From an uncultured Flavobacteriales bacterium (GTDB lineage Bacteria; Bacteroidota; Bacteroidia; Palsa-965): a stretch of DNA of 64,000 bases. A program made the position numbers and the translations under genes. Positions 8,836 to 19,494 of the stretch are shown here, piece after piece. The stretch lies in contig CAIQQJ010000131.1 of NCBI GenBank assembly GCA_903873905.1, forward strand, positions 96,490 through 160,489. Direction: 5' to 3'. Each line of letters starts with the position of its first letter. Positions within the stretch are counted from its first letter, which is position 1. The notes beneath the pieces are model-generated. The model had not been told where the DNA came from. It made no database searches and saw nothing but the letters and a program-made list of their open reading frames with translations.

Positions 8836-10683
8836 TTATTCAACTTTATCGCCTCGTAATTGCCGATATCTTTTTCTTGCATCGACTGCAAACATACTAC
8901 TCGGAAATTTTACAAAAACATCATTGTAATACTGCAAGGCCTTTTCTTTGTCATTCAATTTCGTATCATATAATTCTGCCAATTTAAAAGTTGCATCGTC
9001 CCCGAGAATATCAGTTGAATAATTCTTGATGATTTTCTCAAGATAAGATGCTGCTTCCTCCCACTTCTGTTGTTTGTACGCAATCTTATAACGCATAAAC
9101 AAATTGTCATCTTCCAAGGAATGCCCAGGCCATTTCTTATCGAGTGAATCTAAATCAATACTTGCTGAATCAAACCGATTTTGAAAAACCATCAAATCAG
9201 CATGGGCAAACAAAATCAATGGGTCAGGATTACTGTCGAGAGCGAGATTGTCAGTAATCAGCATTGACCAATACATCGCGTCATTGGAAATCAATTTTGA
9301 GGTGGCGCCTTTCAAAACATTCAATTGAACCTGTGACCATTTGAAGTCTCCAATGTAAAAAGCAATTTTTGCATTGCGAAATTTAGCTTCTTGTCCAATG
9401 GGTTCATATTTAAAAGCCAATTCCACTTGCGAATAGCGCAACGACGCTTCCCAAACTTGTCCATCCAGCAACAACACATCACCCAATTCTAATTTACAAT
9501 CAGCCTGCGCTTTTGGAGAAATGTTTGGAATCGCTATTGCATTTTCAAGAAGCGAAATGGCATCTTTTGTTTTGAAAAGATAAAATGCTTCAAGATGAGC
9601 GAGTGTGCTCATCAGCGTTATTGTACGCACATCGCGACCCAATTCATCGAGTGTGGTATTCATTTCCTTTTCTAGTGAAAGCAAATCAGGTTGTGTATAA
9701 ACACCACCTATTGTAACTTCCTTATATTGGGTATCTATTTTTTCCGTTCGAGCTTCCCTGAAATGTGATCCATTCTGCCCCAATCCAATAACATAATCAT
9801 ACCCCTCTTTTGCGGCTTCGTAATCGCCATTTGTCCTTGCTGTTTCGCAAAGTTCCATTACCTGGTCACCATCCAAATGTTTTCGTTTGTCAATGGCTTT
9901 TGCTTGAATCAATGCGCCGGAAAAGTTTTTCTGTTGCATATAAAACCACATCAGCATTTCCGACCACATCGTTTTGTCAGGATATTTTTGCGAACGTTTG
10001 ATTAATTCTGCTTTTAAAATCGGCGCAATCTTATCTTCTCCATCTGCATCCATTTTCGCTTGCAGATTATTTTTTACTTGTTGTAGGTAGGAAGATTGCA
10101 CATCCAATAAATCAAGATATTCGTTCACCATAGCGGCATAATCTTTTTTCAAAGCGTAAACCTCCGCCAATTCAGTGTTGAATGTATAAAGCCCTTTAAG
10201 TTCTTTCCGTCCTTTCATCAAAGTGGAAATGGCAAAATCAGTTTCATTTACTCCAAGAAATGCAGTCGAAAGCTCTATAACTGCGTTTGCACTCGTTCCT
10301 CCATCGATTGCGTCAACACCTGCACTAAATTCTTTTTTCTTTTTGTCCTCATCGCCTTCTGCAGAATAAACTCTTCCCATATCAACATGAAAAGTGAGAT
10401 CGCCAGGATTGCGTGAACTCTGTTTCTTAACGAGCTTTTCAGCTTTTTTGTAAGTCTTTGTTTGAATGAGACAATTGAGATAATAATTATAATAAATATT
10501 GATTGGGGTTTTATTATAAAGCTTCTCGTAATAAATCAAAGCCTTATCATATTCACCGCTTTGATAATATTGAGCGGCGAGCTGTTCATCGGTGGAAGGA
10601 TCAGCAATAATCTGCACTTGGGCAATCGCTTTGCTAGACAATAAGATTGTCAACAAAAAAACCATTTGCAGAATTTTTTTCAT
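8836..10683 (-). CDS. secreted tetratricopeptide (TPR) repeat protein
   Basis: 615 aa with a signal peptide, then multiple TPR-like helical repeats (AQYYQSGEYDKALIYYEKL and others). Confidence 0.78.
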   Translation of the reverse strand: MKKILQMVFLLTILLSSKAIAQVQIIADPSTDEQLAAQYYQSGEYDKALIYYEKLYNKTPINIYYNYYLNCLIQTKTYKKAEKLVKKQSSRNPGDLTFHVDMGRVYSAEGDEDKKKKEFSAGVDAIDGGTSANAVIELSTAFLGVNETDFAISTLMKGRKELKGLYTFNTELAEVYALKKDYAAMVNEYLDLLDVQSSYLQQVKNNLQAKMDADGEDKIAPILKAELIKRSQKYPDKTMWSEMLMWFYMQQKNFSGALIQAKAIDKRKHLDGDQVMELCETARTNGDYEAAKEGYDYVIGLGQNGSHFREARTEKIDTQYKEVTIGGVYTQPDLLSLEKEMNTTLDELGRDVRTITLMSTLAHLEAFYLFKTKDAISLLENAIAIPNISPKAQADCKLELGDVLLLDGQVWEASLRYSQVELAFKYEPIGQEAKFRNAKIAFYIGDFKWSQVQLNVLKGATSKLISNDAMYWSMLITDNLALDSNPDPLILFAHADLMVFQNRFDSASIDLDSLDKKWPGHSLEDDNLFMRYKIAYKQQKWEEAASYLEKIIKNYSTDILGDDATFKLAELYDTKLNDKEKALQYYNDVFVKFPSSMFAVDARKRYRQLRGDKVE

Positions 10684-10685
10684 GA

Positions 10686-11270
10686 TCAGTTTTTCGGAGC
10701 GCCAGCTTGCTTGTCTGCCAATTTTTGATTCAAGACTTTCATGTAATCAGAAATTTTCGGTGCAAGAGAATCATAACCAACTTTCGCTCGGTCTAATGAA
10801 GAACGCATGGTACCTGCATATTCGTACATCTCATTCACTTGTTCTGATTCCTGCTCGACACAAGATTCTGGCGTAAGATTTTTTGCAAGTGAATTATTCT
10901 GAATATCATGTTCAAGATTATTCAATGTTGTATTGGTAGAATCAATCGCAGTGGAAATACGTTTGTGATTATCAGCGACCGTTTCAAATGCAGGAAGCAA
11001 GGACCGATAATTATTCAATAACAAAGCTGTCTTGAAATCCAATGTATCTCCAATTTTATTGATGTTAAATTGAATGAACTGAGTATTGTTTTTCAATTCC
11101 GTAGCAATTCGTTCAGCTTCTTCGCGATCAACGTTTTTCAACATCGAATCTGTTTTGACAAGTTTAATTCGAAGATTATTGATTTCGGTCAAATCCTTGT
11201 CGTGTTTTTCGCTCTTGCAAGCAGAAAAAAAAGCTACAATTGCAATTCCAATAATAAGATGCTTTTTCAT
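10686..11270 (-). CDS. lipoprotein with coiled-coil region (hypothetical)
   Basis: Internal start MKKHLIIGIAIVAFFSAC, a lipobox, lies 72 nt inside ORF 10686..11342. The sequence is Q/N/E/K-rich. Confidence 0.6.
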   Translation of the reverse strand: MKKHLIIGIAIVAFFSACKSEKHDKDLTEINNLRIKLVKTDSMLKNVDREEAERIATELKNNTQFIQFNINKIGDTLDFKTALLLNNYRSLLPAFETVADNHKRISTAIDSTNTTLNNLEHDIQNNSLAKNLTPESCVEQESEQVNEMYEYAGTMRSSLDRAKVGYDSLAPKISDYMKVLNQKLADKQAGAPKN

Positions 11271-11283
11271 TCGTAATTCCACA

Positions 11284-12552
11284 TTAATTAATAATATCAA
11301 ACCCTGTATAAGAACGCAACACTTGCGGAATACGGATTCCATCTGGAGTCTGATTGTTTTCTAATAGTGCGGCACAAATACGCGGCAAGGCAAGCGCACT
11401 TCCATTGAGTGTATGGGCGAGTTGTGGTTTTTCTGTCCCTTCTCGGAAACGCAATTTCAAACGATTCGCTTGGAACGATTCGAAATTGGAAACTGAACTT
11501 ACTTCCAACCATTTTTTCTGAGCTGCGGAAAAAACTTCCATATCATAAGTCATTGCAGAGGCAAAACTCATATCGCCACCACACAACAAAAGTGTGCGGA
11601 ATGGAAGTTCAAGATCCTTTAATAATCCAGCAACGTATTCACGCATTTGCTCCAACACATCATAAGATTTGGATGGATGTGCTAATTGAACAAGTTCAAC
11701 TTTATCAAATTGATGCAAACGATTCAACCCACGAACATCGCTTCCATAAGATCCTGCTTCACGACGGAAACAAGGAGTATAACCACAATTCATCACCGGA
11801 AAATCTTCCGCTTTCAAAATCACATCGCGATAAATATTGGTAATTGGAACTTCAGCAGTAGGAATCAAATACAAATCATCCACACCACAATGATACATTT
11901 GGCCTTCCTTATCCGGAAGCTGTCCTGTACCAAAACCGGAATCCTTGTTGATCAAAATAGGAGGTTGTATTTCAAGATAACCAGCAGCTGTTGCACGATC
12001 GAGGAAAAAATTAATAAGTGCGCGTTGCAAGCGTGCCATTTTCCCTTTGTAAACAGGAAATCCTGCACCCGTAATTTTATTTCCCAATTCAAAGTCAATC
12101 AAATCATATTGTGATGCCAATTCCCAATGGGGTTTTGCATTAGCAGGAAGCGTCGGAATTTCTCCATGTGTAAAAACAATTTTATTTTCTTCTGGAGTTT
12201 TCCCTGCAGGCACTTGGTCATTTGCAAGATTCGGAATCAAAACCAATAACTGATAGGTTTCCTCCTCGAATTTATTGAGCGAATTTTGAAGGCTCTTTTC
12301 AGACTCTTTCAGTGCAATACTTTTATTCTTTAAATCATCAGCTTCCGCTTTCTTCCCAGCTTTCATCAATTCGCCGACTTGCTTGGAAATAATATTTCCT
12401 TCAGCCTTTATTGCATCCAATTCCGCCTGTGTCTTGCGGCGATCTGCATCAATGGAAATTACCTGATCGATGATTTCAACTTTGAAATTTTTTTTCGTGA
12501 GACGACGAATGATCTCGTCTTTATTATCGCGAATGATATTGAGTTGTAGCAT
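11284..12552 (-). CDS. serS: serine--tRNA ligase
   Basis: 422 aa. An N-terminal coiled-coil arm precedes class II motifs, including FRREAGS. Confidence 0.92.
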   Translation of the reverse strand: MLQLNIIRDNKDEIIRRLTKKNFKVEIIDQVISIDADRRKTQAELDAIKAEGNIISKQVGELMKAGKKAEADDLKNKSIALKESEKSLQNSLNKFEEETYQLLVLIPNLANDQVPAGKTPEENKIVFTHGEIPTLPANAKPHWELASQYDLIDFELGNKITGAGFPVYKGKMARLQRALINFFLDRATAAGYLEIQPPILINKDSGFGTGQLPDKEGQMYHCGVDDLYLIPTAEVPITNIYRDVILKAEDFPVMNCGYTPCFRREAGSYGSDVRGLNRLHQFDKVELVQLAHPSKSYDVLEQMREYVAGLLKDLELPFRTLLLCGGDMSFASAMTYDMEVFSAAQKKWLEVSSVSNFESFQANRLKLRFREGTEKPQLAHTLNGSALALPRICAALLENNQTPDGIRIPQVLRSYTGFDIIN

Positions 12553-12732
12553 AACGTTTAATAATTGACTCTAAAGTTAGTTCAAATCGGTTGGAATTTG
12601 CAAAGTTGTTCTAGCGAAATCTGTAGGGAAAACGATTGAAATTTGAAAGACCCGGCGTTTGACAAATCTCATCCCTGCGTGTGAGAAAAATCTCGAACCT
12701 TCTAAATCGAAACATGCCAATTCTATTTCATG

Positions 12733-12768
12733 AAAAAACCCGTGAACCAAAGTGCACGGGTTTTTTAC
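12733..12768. terminator. bidirectional rho-independent terminator downstream of rpmA
   Basis: The plus strand reads aaaaaacccgtgaaccaaagtgcacgggtttttt. The stem cccgtg/cacggg has an A-run on one side and a T-run on the other. Confidence 0.7.
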
Positions 12769-12805
12769 GAGATTTTCACTACAGCTTATAGCTGCCGCTT
12801 CCGTT

Positions 12806-13069
12806 TTATTCTGCTTTAGCAGGAAGAACAGAAACGTACGAACGATCGTCGCGTTTTTTCTTGAATGTTACGATTCCATCAGCAAGAGCGAAAAGTGTGT
12901 GATCTTTTCCCATTCCTACGTTTGCATCAGGATAATGAACTGTTCCGCGTTGACGAACAATAATGTTTCCGGCAACAGCGAATTGTCCACCATAGATTTT
13001 TATACCCAATCGTGGAGATCTCGATTCGCGGCCGTTCTTTACTTTACCTTCACCTTTTTTATGTGCCAT
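12806..13069 (-). CDS. rpmA: 50S ribosomal protein L27
   Basis: 87 aa. N-terminus [24 protein letters not shown]. Confidence 0.92.
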   Translation of the reverse strand: MAHKKGEGKVKNGRESRSPRLGIKIYGGQFAVAGNIIVRQRGTVHYPDANVGMGKDHTLFALADGIVTFKKKRDDRSYVSVLPAKAE

Positions 13070-13132
13070 GGTGTTATGAGTTTTGATTTCAGAGTGAGAA
13101 GTTCGGCGTGAACTTCCTTTCCAAAATCTAGT

Positions 13133-13630
13133 TTAGTCTACTTTTTTCTTTCTTGTTTTTTTCGCTGGTTTTTCTTCTACAACTTCCTCTACTACTTCTT
13201 CCACTTCTTCTTCAGTTGCAGCAAAAACTTTTTTCGCTGGAGAATAACGTGAACGAGCTTTCAATTCTAGAATCGAAGCAATTTCAAGTTTAGCAGCATC
13301 AGCACTAAGTTTTTCTCCTTTTCCGAGCACTTCCTGAATAAGAAGTTCGGTAAGAGCTTGACGATGACCATTCAATTTGCGATAGCCTTTACGGCGTTTC
13401 TTTTTGAATACAATCACTTTGTCGCCTTGCAGGTGCGAAAGCACTTTAGCTGCAACACGAGCGCCGTCAATGGCTGGTGTTCCGACGGTAATTTTACCGT
13501 CATTGTCAATGAGAAGGACTTTGCTGAATTCAACAGAGTCGCCTTCTTTAGCCTCAAGGCGGTTCACAAAAACGCGTTGTTTTTGCGACACTTTGTACTG
13601 GAGCCCGGCTATTTCTACGATAGCGTACAT
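13133..13630 (-). CDS. rplU: 50S ribosomal protein L21 with acidic/lysine-rich C-terminal extension
   Basis: 165 aa. N-terminus [14 protein letters not shown]. It carries an extra C-terminal tail [26 protein letters not shown]. Confidence 0.9.
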   Translation of the reverse strand: MYAIVEIAGLQYKVSQKQRVFVNRLEAKEGDSVEFSKVLLIDNDGKITVGTPAIDGARVAAKVLSHLQGDKVIVFKKKRRKGYRKLNGHRQALTELLIQEVLGKGEKLSADAAKLEIASILELKARSRYSPAKKVFAATEEEVEEVVEEVVEEKPAKKTRKKKVD

Positions 13631-13945
13631 GTTAGTTTTGTTTAGTTTTTCCCTTTAAATAGGGCTGCGAAGATAATAAGTAAATCGCTAGTTCCGAGAA
13701 TTCTATCTGGAAAATTGGATTAAGAATTATTAATTAACCTCTATGCGATTGTATGTCAGCCTTTTATAAATTTAAGCAGACTTTAGAATTACCCCAAATT
13801 CATTGGTAAAATGGCCCATTTCCAATTCTTAATCTTTAATCCTTAAACTTTTTGAAGACAATACCGAGTCAAATTGGGTTTATTGAAAATCAGAAGGAAT
13901 ACTTACAAATGGGCCAAAAAGCGCTGTTTTCGCAGCTTTTAAAAT

Positions 13946-14431
13946 TTATTCCGTTTCACCAATAACTTCCCTGACCAAATCACTTTCAAAACCTCTTGAA
14001 AGAAGATAATTCATCACTTTATATTTTTTCTTCAAAACATTTTTCTCAGAGGTTTCCCTTGTTTTTTCATCAGCAACTTTTCTGAGTGTTTTTAAATATT
14101 CGGTTTCGTCAATTTCTGCCAATCCTTTTTTAATGCAATACTCGCTCAATTTTCTCCGTTTTAACTCTATGCGGATTTTCACACGGCCCCATTTTTTTAT
14201 TCTGAATTTTCCACCTGCAAATGCTTTCGCAAAACGTTCATCACTGAGAAAGTTTTTTGAGATTAAATCTGCGATTACATTTTCCACCTCATTCTCGTGA
14301 AGTCCCCATGAATAAAGTTTGTTTCGCATTTCCTGCTGGCAACGTTCTTGATATGCACAATAAGATTCAGCCTTCACCAAAGCTTGATGTTGCGTGTAAA
14401 CTTTTTGTTTTTTTTCATTCTCAAAACCCAT
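13946..14431 (-). CDS. recX: regulatory protein RecX
   Basis: 161 aa. Three-repeat helical RecX-like sequence (KAESYCAYQERCQQEMRNKL...). Confidence 0.72.
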   Translation of the reverse strand: MGFENEKKQKVYTQHQALVKAESYCAYQERCQQEMRNKLYSWGLHENEVENVIADLISKNFLSDERFAKAFAGGKFRIKKWGRVKIRIELKRRKLSEYCIKKGLAEIDETEYLKTLRKVADEKTRETSEKNVLKKKYKVMNYLLSRGFESDLVREVIGETE

Positions 14432-14607
14432 GAAACAAAATTAGGAAGAAAGCAATCGCCAAGTACCCAATTACACATTCCTCCTTGAAAATAAATCATT
14501 TACAAAATCAGTCCACATGCGAACTACACGAAATTTGCATTTCGTTCACCCAATTAGTTTTCATGCCTTATTCCTATTATTTTAGCAAACTCATTGACCC
14601 AAATCCT

Positions 14608-15336
14608 ATGAAAAAAATTCTGGTATTTGCATTCCTTCTCGTAGGGATTTCTGCTTTCGCACAGGACCGCAAGCCTAACAAAAATGTTGGCGGCCAATTT
14701 TCTCTTGGTGTACGTTCTACCATTAGTCTTTTCAGCGATGCTGGCAGCAGCATGGGCACGGGAGCGGGCGGCCAATTTCGCATTCGACTTTACAATTTCA
14801 TGAATACGGAATGGTTCGGCGATTATCTCATGTCAAGCATTGGAACAATTGGAACGCGTACTGATTATCATATTGGATGGTCGGTCATGTTCTATTCTCC
14901 AAAACAGAAACCTTTCAAAAAATATCATCCCAAACCGTATTTTCTGACTGGTCATTGTTTCGATTACACAAGGATTGCAGGGAATAATCCATTTTATCAG
15001 GATCCCAATCATTCCGTTGCTAGTCGATGGAGTTCTGCTGTTCAAGCAGGATTAGGATTTCACATTCCGTTTTGTGAACGCGTTGACCTTTCACTTTCTG
15101 CACAATACATGTTTCATTTGGGAAAAGACATTACAGCCGTGACACGTACTGCTGTAAATGGTGATGAATTTCTTTATATTGACAAAGAAGAAGCAAGTAT
15201 AAACGGACATTTATTAATCAGTTTCAGTCTCAATATCCGCTGTGCCGATTTGTGGCATGACCATCAAAAAAAAGGAGGCGCCAGAAAGGCCGCCCCTGAT
15301 CCTGACGGACAAAACCCTAAACATATTGAACAATAA
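14608..15336 (+). CDS. outer-membrane beta-barrel protein (porin/OmpW-like)
   Basis: Start at internal MKKILVFAFLLVGISAFAQ, a signal peptide. The pattern of alternating aromatic and polar residues suggests beta strands. Confidence 0.6.
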   Translation: MKKILVFAFLLVGISAFAQDRKPNKNVGGQFSLGVRSTISLFSDAGSSMGTGAGGQFRIRLYNFMNTEWFGDYLMSSIGTIGTRTDYHIGWSVMFYSPKQKPFKKYHPKPYFLTGHCFDYTRIAGNNPFYQDPNHSVASRWSSAVQAGLGFHIPFCERVDLSLSAQYMFHLGKDITAVTRTAVNGDEFLYIDKEEASINGHLLISFSLNIRCADLWHDHQKKGGARKAAPDPDGQNPKHIEQ

Positions 15337-15360
15337 CTTTTTCTGAAGAACCTCCACAGT

Positions 15361-16044
15361 ATGCGCAAAATATATTTTCTCTTCGCCTCACTATTAGCAG
15401 GAAACTTTTTGTTTTCACAAGCTACACCTCCACCGGCAGATGACAATTCGCTTTCGATGGCCAACACACAAGGTTTGCTTAGAACACAACTTACGTTGAC
15501 GCCATCTTGGATGATGAAAGGAACATCTGGAAATGATTCTACTTCCATTTCCAGTGCACGCACAAATGTTTATTTACATGGAACACTTGAATATTATTGG
15601 ACAGAACATTTTTCAACTAGAGGTGACATTTATTATTTCCTGAATAAAAACAGTGCACCAGGAGGATTGAAAAAAAATCACTCCTTGCAGGTTGGCTGTT
15701 CGTATCATTTTATGAAAGGAATGTCACTTGATCCTTATGTTGGAGTTTGCGGAGGAATTTCATTAGTGCAAATTTCACCAATGGATTTCATGAAAGGCGA
15801 CAGCACATTTTTGCCTAATTATCAAGTCCCATCACATCTTGATCCTGTATGGGCTCCACGTGTTGGAATGAATTTTTACGGACAACACGTTTTTCATTTT
15901 TTCGTAGAAGCGCAATACCTCATGGGTACTTACAGACCAGCGATTGGACCAATTCTTTCCATCAATGAAATTCGCATTTCAGCAGGACTTGGTTTCAATT
16001 TTGTGATTTTACACAAGGAAGCGACCGTAAGACCGGCGATTTAA
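15361..16044 (+). CDS. outer-membrane beta-barrel protein (hypothetical)
   Basis: 227 aa. Signal peptide MRKIYFLFASLLAGNFLFSQ and amphipathic beta-strand patterning. Confidence 0.55.
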   Translation: MRKIYFLFASLLAGNFLFSQATPPPADDNSLSMANTQGLLRTQLTLTPSWMMKGTSGNDSTSISSARTNVYLHGTLEYYWTEHFSTRGDIYYFLNKNSAPGGLKKNHSLQVGCSYHFMKGMSLDPYVGVCGGISLVQISPMDFMKGDSTFLPNYQVPSHLDPVWAPRVGMNFYGQHVFHFFVEAQYLMGTYRPAIGPILSINEIRISAGLGFNFVILHKEATVRPAI

Positions 16045-16144
16045 AAAGAATGCCAATTTCATAATTGCCAATTTCCGATTAGGATTCATTGAACAAATCA
16101 TTTTCAATGATCCTATTTTCTGCAATAGCATCCTGAATTTTCTC

Positions 16145-16192
16145 AAAAAATAAATGCCGAACAAACTTTCGTTCATCCGGCATTTATTTTTC
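16145..16192. terminator. bidirectional rho-independent terminator
   Basis: The plus strand reads aaaaaataaatgccgaacaaactttcgttcatccggcatttatttttc. The stem is aaatgccg/cggcattt. It lies between the convergent genes 15361..16044 and the M13 peptidase gene. Confidence 0.6.
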
Positions 16193-16231
16193 AATTTAAG
16201 ATTGGAAATTATCAAATTGGAATTTACTCTT

Positions 16232-18280
16232 CTACCAAATACTCACTCTAACAGAATCTGCTCTCCACATTGGATCGCCTGCTTTTACGTTGAATGCATT
16301 ATAGAATTCAGGTATGTTTGAGAAGGGTCCAAGTACACGCCATTTTGCGGGAGCGTGAACATCTGTCATCAACCTGCGTGCAAGTTCCTGATCACGTTGT
16401 TGGATCATCCATCCAAGAGCGTAACCCATGAAGTAACGTTGCATTGGAGTATAACCCGCAATTTTTTCTCCTTTTTTAAATTGCTCTGTTTTTTTGAATG
16501 CATCAATACCCAAAAGCACGCCACCATAATCTGCAATATTTTCTCCAAGAGAAGCAGCACCATTAATGTGTTTTCCAGGAAGCGGTTCGTAACCATTGAA
16601 CTGACGAATCATCACAGCTGATCGCACTTGAAATTTCGCTGAATCTTCAGATGTCCACCAAGAAACCAAATTTCCTTTTGCATCATAATTTCTTCCTTCA
16701 TCATCAAAACCATGCGTCATTTCATGACCGATTGTTGATGCTGCACCATAACCGTAAACAACAGCATCGTCAATAAGTGAATCAACACTTCCTGGAATTG
16801 TAAAAATCGCTGCGGGCAAAACGATTTCATTATTCGAAGGATTGTAATACGCATTATAAGTTTGTGGTGTCATATCCCATTCGGTGCGATCAACTGGTTT
16901 TCCGTATTTGGAAATCATGTCATTAAAACTCCAGCGTGCTGCATTCATCATGTTTTCGCAGTAGGAATTCGCGCCAACAACCAATTTGGAATAATCTTTC
17001 CACTTATCGGGATAACCAACTTTCTTCGTCATCTTGGAAAGTTTATCGAGCGCTTTTACTTTTGTCGACTCACTCATCCAATCCAATTTTTTTATTCGTT
17101 CACCGTAAGCCGTGCGAATTGCTTCCACCATATCATTGTATCTCTTTTTGGTATTTGCAGGAAAATATTCTTTCACAAAAAGTTTTCCGAGCACCATTCC
17201 CATCGCGCTTTCTTCTGAATCCAAAACACGTTTCCATCTTGGACGTTGTGATTCCGCACCAGAAAGAGCCTTGCCATAAAAATTGAAGTTTTCATTGTCA
17301 ATTGAAACAGAAAGAAAAGTTGCATAATTGCTGATTAAGTGAAAACGCATGTATGCTTTCAACACTTCGATATCTGTGAGTTGAAGTGTTTTTTCCAATG
17401 AAGAAAAGAATTCAGGTTGACCAACAATGACAGAATCAATTTTAGAAACGCCATGTGCCACACAAACATTTCTCCAGTTAATGGATGGTGTCAACGTTTT
17501 TGTAACATCATCAATTGACATCTTATTATAATTGGAATAAGGATCACGGAGGTCTTCGAGCTTGCGTGAATTTTTTGCAAGTTCAGTTTCGAAATTCATG
17601 ATACCATCGCTCATTTTCATTGCTAATGTCGCATCGTTTCCTGCGAGTTCAAGAATTTTGGCTACATGTTTTACATATGCTTCACGAATTTTTTTCGTTT
17701 CATCATCCGTATTAAAATAATAATCGCGATCCGGCAAACCCAAACCACCTTGCCACAAATTCACTGCCATTATTTCACTATTTTTTGCATCCTGCCCAAC
17801 GTAAAATCCTCCATAAAACAATCCGATTTCTAAGGGATCAAAATCGATCATGGTCTGCACCACACCTTTCACATCTTTTACAAGTCCAATTTTTTTCAAT
17901 TCATTTTCGAGTGGATCCAAACCCAGCTTATCAGCTTTTAGGGAATCCATTCCTGTTCCCCAGAAATTGCCGATTTTTTTTGTATCAGTTCCTACTGGTG
18001 CATTTGCCAGTACAGCATCTTCATTGATCTTTCGTAAATTTTTATAAATCTCCTCTTGAACTAGATCACCGATTCCCCAACTGGTTTCAGATCCTGGAAT
18101 TGGATTATTCTTAAACCATTTGCCATTCGCGAAAAGGAAAAAATCTTTCGTAGGATTAATAGTAGAATCGACATTGTCTGCAAAAACATCTTTTGCACTT
18201 GCTTTAATCTTTGGGCCGCCATAAAAAGCAAACAGAAGAGCGACAACAATTACAGAAAAAATAATTTTCATTGATTTCAT
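16232..18280 (-). CDS. M13 family zinc metallopeptidase (PepO/endothelin-converting enzyme-like)
   Basis: It carries the HEMTHGFD zinc motif and GENIADYGG. Start at internal MKSMKIIFSVIVVALL, a signal peptide. Confidence 0.9.
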   Translation of the reverse strand: MKSMKIIFSVIVVALLFAFYGGPKIKASAKDVFADNVDSTINPTKDFFLFANGKWFKNNPIPGSETSWGIGDLVQEEIYKNLRKINEDAVLANAPVGTDTKKIGNFWGTGMDSLKADKLGLDPLENELKKIGLVKDVKGVVQTMIDFDPLEIGLFYGGFYVGQDAKNSEIMAVNLWQGGLGLPDRDYYFNTDDETKKIREAYVKHVAKILELAGNDATLAMKMSDGIMNFETELAKNSRKLEDLRDPYSNYNKMSIDDVTKTLTPSINWRNVCVAHGVSKIDSVIVGQPEFFSSLEKTLQLTDIEVLKAYMRFHLISNYATFLSVSIDNENFNFYGKALSGAESQRPRWKRVLDSEESAMGMVLGKLFVKEYFPANTKKRYNDMVEAIRTAYGERIKKLDWMSESTKVKALDKLSKMTKKVGYPDKWKDYSKLVVGANSYCENMMNAARWSFNDMISKYGKPVDRTEWDMTPQTYNAYYNPSNNEIVLPAAIFTIPGSVDSLIDDAVVYGYGAASTIGHEMTHGFDDEGRNYDAKGNLVSWWTSEDSAKFQVRSAVMIRQFNGYEPLPGKHINGAASLGENIADYGGVLLGIDAFKKTEQFKKGEKIAGYTPMQRYFMGYALGWMIQQRDQELARRLMTDVHAPAKWRVLGPFSNIPEFYNAFNVKAGDPMWRADSVRVSIW

Positions 18281-18392
18281 AGGAGGGAAATTTAAGCACG
18301 CAAGGTAAAACGATTTCGCATGCCACTCAAAATTTATTTCCATACCATTTGCCTCTAAAAACGAATTGTCACCCCTCATCCCAAATCATTGG

Positions 18393-19295
18393 TTAAGAGT
18401 GACAATTCATTGCAAAAGTGCATTGTGTTTTTTTAATTTCCTCCACCATCTGGAACTGGAACTGGCACTGGAATCTGCTGTTCAATGATTGTTCCGTCTT
18501 TGTCAATGAGTTGACCTGATTTTTCTGCAGCTGCTTTTTTGCGGCAGCCGCTTCCTCTTCTGCAGCATCGTACATAGCTTGTTTCGCTGCAAATCCTGAT
18601 TCAAAAGTTTTTGTTGTTATGATGATCACTCCGCCTGTCATGTCGCCATATGCTGCGGGAATTCCACCTGACAAAACAGTTACCTGTTCAATTGATCCAC
18701 CCGGAATGCTAGCATTACCGTAAACTTTCATACCATCAATAAACATGGTTGAAGCGCCTTCACGTGATCCACGCATTACCAACTGTCCACCTTTTCCAAT
18801 ACTTAAATCTGAAGATCCACCTTCAATCAAACTTAAAACATCGCTTCTTCCACTTGCAGAATTTTTCAATTGATCAGCATTGATATTTTTTATAGTAGAA
18901 AAAGTTATTTCAACTGGGCTTCTAACAGCAGTCACAGTAAAAATTGAATCTGTTTCAACAACAAGAACTTGCATGGGATAATTTGCATAAGCCGTTTGTC
19001 CTGCATTGACAATGATGCCTTGTTTGACATATTTTTTATACCCCAACATTCGAGCTTCTACATTATAAGAGCCGGGATTCAATGCACGAAATGTAAAATT
19101 GCCGTCGAGGTTAGTTGCTCCGCCGATGTGAGAGCCGCCTGTGACAACCATTACGACCGCACCAGGCATGGGTTGACTTTTTTCATCTAAAACCGTGACT
19201 TTTAAATCACCTGTCGTTAGGTCTTGGGCTTTTACATTTGAAAATGAAATCAAAAGAATCGCGCTAAATATGAAGTATTGAGAAATCTTTTTCAT
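18393..19295 (-). CDS. carboxypeptidase-regulatory-like domain plus TonB-dependent receptor plug domain protein lacking a beta-barrel (short or truncated)
   Basis: 300 aa. Signal peptide, then a CarbopepD_reg-like beta sandwich (LKVTVLDEKSQPMPGAVVMVV...GNFTF) and a plug-like region. It ends in a low-complexity tail with no barrel. See findings. Confidence 0.6.
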   Translation of the reverse strand: MKKISQYFIFSAILLISFSNVKAQDLTTGDLKVTVLDEKSQPMPGAVVMVVTGGSHIGGATNLDGNFTFRALNPGSYNVEARMLGYKKYVKQGIIVNAGQTAYANYPMQVLVVETDSIFTVTAVRSPVEITFSTIKNINADQLKNSASGRSDVLSLIEGGSSDLSIGKGGQLVMRGSREGASTMFIDGMKVYGNASIPGGSIEQVTVLSGGIPAAYGDMTGGVIIITTKTFESGFAAKQAMYDAAEEEAAAAKKQLQKNQVNSLTKTEQSLNSRFQCQFQFQMVEEIKKTQCTFAMNCHS

Positions 19296-19494
19296 GATAA
19301 TTGGTTTTAATTAATGTAGAATTTATTTATCCGCATGCTGTAATTAGAACGCACACGTCCACAGAATTCCACACGATCATTCCGTCAATTCACAAAAAAA
19401 CCAATAGGTGGTAACAATACTCCGATAAGTGGAAAGAATCAGGAAAGATTAATCAGGACAATTAATGCCGAAGGAATTGCGCGTAGACAGATAA

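Noticed and set aside
8458-12552. Idea that serS, lipoprotein, TPR, DUF4286, rsmA and mgtE on the minus strand form a functional system
   Set aside because: This is a co-directional housekeeping block with typical Bacteroidetes synteny. There is no evidence for a dedicated system beyond operon packing.
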